The position numbers were made by a program, and so were the translations under genes. 38,929 nucleotides of DNA from Chiloscyllium plagiosum (Eukaryota): contig NC_057719.1 of assembly GCF_004010195.1 (NCBI RefSeq), forward strand, positions 21,488,892 to 21,527,820. Direction: 5' to 3'. This document shows positions 36,305 through 38,929 of the stretch, piece after piece (positions within the stretch are counted from its first letter, which is position 1; every line of letters starts with the position of its first letter). Under the pieces are notes generated by a model that saw only the letters and a list, made by a program, of their open reading frames with translations, made no database searches and had not been told where the DNA came from.

Positions 36305-36760
36305 ATAAACTTTCATAACTCCAGCATATTCCAAGCATGTTACAACCAATAAAATACTTACAAGTAGTTTTTCTAGAACGTGATATTTGCCTTCTTGTAC
36401 AACTCTGCACTATAGAACAATCTCGCTTTAGAAACAGCTCTTAAAGTGTTGGCAAAGTAATCACTTTACAGCCAAGACACAGTTTAAAAGTTTGCACTTT
36501 ATAAACGGTGTCCCCAATCTGTTAATGACGTTACAGGGAATACATGTTAATTAAACACGTGTTATAGCAGAACAATGCTGTACTTGACATGGAGTAACTG
36601 TTATAGTATAGGACATATGGCGGCCAATGTGTGATAAGGCGGAACCACAAACAGCAAATGTTATTATGACTAGATAATGTATTTTATGCAGGTGTTGATA
36701 TACTTTATGTTGGTGTTGATTAAGAGATTACTATTAAATACAACAAGGAGAGGTGCATTC
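36305..36760 (-). mobile_element. Old Deu-domain SINE 3' half, split by a MITE
   Basis: GGCGGCCAATGTGTG...CCACAAACAGCAAATGTTATTATGACTAGATAAT is antiparallel to the copy at 12060-12090/12467-12560. Confidence 0.6.
36361..36580. mobile_element. Probable Tc1/mariner (Tigger-like) MITE
   Basis: About 220 bp interrupting the SINE. Flanked by TA on both sides, with degenerate TIRs CAAGTAGTTTTTCTAGAACG and GTGTTATAGCAGAACAATGCTG. Confidence 0.5.
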
Positions 36761-36969
36761 ACCCATGCCTGAATATTTAAGATCAGATCTAACAGACTAA
36801 AGATTCCCTATGAAGAAGTAAGCAATAATACTTCAGTGATGGTCTCCATCCCTGTCCTGTCTTTCTCTGGCAAGAGAGTTGAGTGCCTGAAAGAAATAGT
36901 TAAGATATAATTACAGATGAACATTGCTTTTCTTTCTGACTTTTCTTACTTTGATCTTGAATGTGTAAG

Positions 36970-37193
36970 GAGAAAAGTGAGGACTACAGATGCTGGAGAT
37001 CAGAGTTGAGAGTGTAGTGCTGGAAAAGCATAGCAGGTCAGGCAGCATCAGAGGAGCAGGAGAATTGACATTTCAGGCATAAGGCCTTCACCAGGCCTCC
37101 TGATGAAGGGCTTATGCCTGAAACATTGATTCTGCTGCTCCTCGGATGCTGCCTGACCTGCGGTGCTTTTTCAGCACTACACTCTCAACTCTG
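36970..37193. mobile_element. Palindromic PLE-derived mini-element (two inverted pLTR/hammerhead arms) with 11-bp TSD
   Basis: 37001-37095 is the reverse complement of 37099-37193 with scattered mismatches. The tail is present only on the left arm. TSD GAATGTGTAAG at 36959-36969 and 37194-37204. Confidence 0.93.
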
Positions 37194-37249
37194 GAATGTG
37201 TAAGTTGACAAGTACATAAGGAATAATAGTCAAATAGTGAGGAACATTA

Positions 37250-37513
37250 GACCTTCATTCGGATGTGTGTGTGTGTGGGTGTCTGTTCGGGGGTGGGTGG
37301 TGAACAGGCTGAGAGATAAATAACAGGGTGTGAGTGGGGCTGGGAGGAAGGCAGCTGGGAAGGCGATAGGGAGATACAGATGGGGGGGTGATAGTGATAT
37401 GTCAGAGAGGAGGGTGGAGTGGATAGGTGGGAAGGAAGATGGACAGGTTAAGAGGGCGGTGCTGAGTTGGAGGTTTGAATCTGGGATGAGGTGGGGGAGG
37501 GGAGATTAGGAAA
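37250..37513 (-). mobile_element. Penelope 3' purine/pyrimidine-skewed region, truncated at the LTR
   Basis: CCTTCATTCGGA remnant of the hammerhead start, then a G-rich tract ending GGGGAGGGGAGATTAGGAAA, antiparallel to TTTCCTCATTTCCCCTTCCCC at about 12270-12290. Confidence 0.7.
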
Positions 37514-37970
37514 TGTTAGAAACGAAAATCGCTTCTCAATAATCGCTCTAGACAAATTCAGGAAAACCAAGTTTTATTAGCAAGTCTGCAGAGTTGGGCA
37601 CTCTTCTGAGAAAAGCGCGCCAGGCTAACAAAGTTTTCGATTAAATACAGTTCAAGCTCCTCCCTTCTATAGCTCTAAAGAGTCACGAGGTTCACATTCT
37701 GAACATTCATTATTTTTCCATTCTGGACCCTTATCACAAAGTCTGCAGTATATGTCTCCCTAGTTGTTTTTCTAGCCTGCAGTCTTATCAGTCAAGGACT
37801 TATTCTTCTCTGTCAGAGTTCGTGGTCTTATCAATCAAGGACTTGTTTTTCTACTCTGTCTCGTCCTTTATTATAGAGAAGCATGTTTTACCCTACCCCC
37901 ACGGCTCTATTCCCCTTAGACTCTGAGGTCATGCACATCTTAACTATTTGTACCGAAATCGTCTCTCACA
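37514..37970 (-). mobile_element. Solo LTR (ERV-like), 457 bp
   Basis: TG...CA ends with a 10/12 inverted repeat (TGTTAGAAACGA / TCGTCTCTCACA). Minus-strand TATTTAA (37641-37647) lies upstream of AATAAA (37573-37578). Duplicated GTCTTATCA(G/A)TCAAGGACTT in the U3-like part. Confidence 0.7.
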
Positions 37971-37974
37971 ATAT

Positions 37975-38193
37975 ATTTCTGGAATTAGAGTCTAATGATG
38001 ACTGTGAATTTATTGCCGGGGGAAAAATCCATCTGGTTCACTTAATGCCCTTTAGGGAAGGAAACCACCATCCTTGTCTGGTCTATATGTGGCTCCATAC
38101 CCACATCAATGTGGTTGACTCTTAATTGCCCTCTGGGATTGGCAACAAATGGTGACCGAGCTACCAAAGCCCTCATCAAATGAATGAAAAAAA
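37975..38193 (+). mobile_element. 5'-truncated shark-type SINE
   Basis: CCATCTGGTTCACTTAATGCCCTTTAGGGAAGGAAA...AATGTGGTTGACTCTTAATTGCCCTCTG...TGAATGAAAAAAA (A-rich end). Confidence 0.7.
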
Positions 38194-38196
38194 GGC

Positions 38197-38830
38197 TGAC
38201 TAGTCCTGTTAGCTTTTCACACATATTAATTGGATCCCCTCTCATCCCTCTAAATTCTAGTGAATATAGGCCCATTCAAACCAACCTCTCACAGAACAGC
38301 CTGGCAGAGACACTGTCTACCACTCAGTAAAAGACCCATTTATTCCCAGTTTCTGGGAATTGGTCTGTCAGCCAATTCTCAATGCAAGTGATTATATTAC
38401 CCACATTCCATGTGCTTTGACTTTGTTCACTAACCCCTTCAGAGGAACTTTATCAAAAGCCTTCTGAAATTCCAAGTACACCACATCCATGCCTTCTCCC
38501 TTATCTATTCTAACAGTTACATCCTCAAGTGGATATTTAAAGCAAGATTTGCCTTTCATAAACCCATACTATCTTTGTTCAATCCCATTAATGCTTTTCA
38601 AATGTTCTGAAATCACATTTTGGTGGACTCTGGTGGATTTTGTTCCCTAATACTGATGTTAGGCTATCATTACCATTCTTTCTCTCCCTTTCTTAATAAA
38701 CAGTGGGGTCACATTTGCCACCGAAGTAGAAACTGCTCTAAGGTCTACAGAATCATGAAGGACAACTGCCAATATTCCTGGAAACATTTCCGTTAGGGTT
38801 CGGGACTGAAGATTAACAGGTTCTTATGAC
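38197..38830 (-). mobile_element. Old CR1 RT fragment
   Basis: GLYSLEFRGMRGD; TTATCAAAAGCCTTCTGAAATTCCAAGTACAC (VYLEFQKAFDK on minus); GCCTTTCATAAACCCAT (GFMKG). Confidence 0.8.
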
Positions 38831-38929
38831 TTGACAGCATCTGAGCCTTCATCAGCATTGTCCATGATTAAATGAGTTCCATTTAAAATTTTTATTCATG
38901 CATTGGAAATGATTTGCTTTGTCATTTGG

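Overview
Vertebrate non-coding DNA, most likely a shark (elasmobranch) intron or intergenic stretch. The origin is inferred from HE1/V-SINEs, Deu-domain SINEs and shark-type CR1 and Penelope families recognised by eye. A large fraction is transposon-derived: a near-full-length CR1 LINE (esterase ORF1 plus EN/RT ORF2), many CR1 3' fragments, a Tx1-clade LINE fragment, several Penelope-like element (PLE) copies, SINEs, a probable MITE and a solo LTR. Three assembly gaps sit inside young RT regions. No complete host gene is visible; two + strand candidate exons (14248-14437, 32807-32900) could be alternative N-terminal exons of an unidentified gene. The most notable system is a set of short PLE-derived insertions. 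Most carry a minimal hammerhead ribozyme motif, six have 10-15 bp TSDs, and several share a fold-back architecture: a tail-bearing arm plus an inverted tail-less arm. There is also an unexplained 119-bp near-perfect inverted repeat and a 69-bp direct repeat bracketing a candidate exon. No database searches were run, and boundaries of old repeats are approximate.
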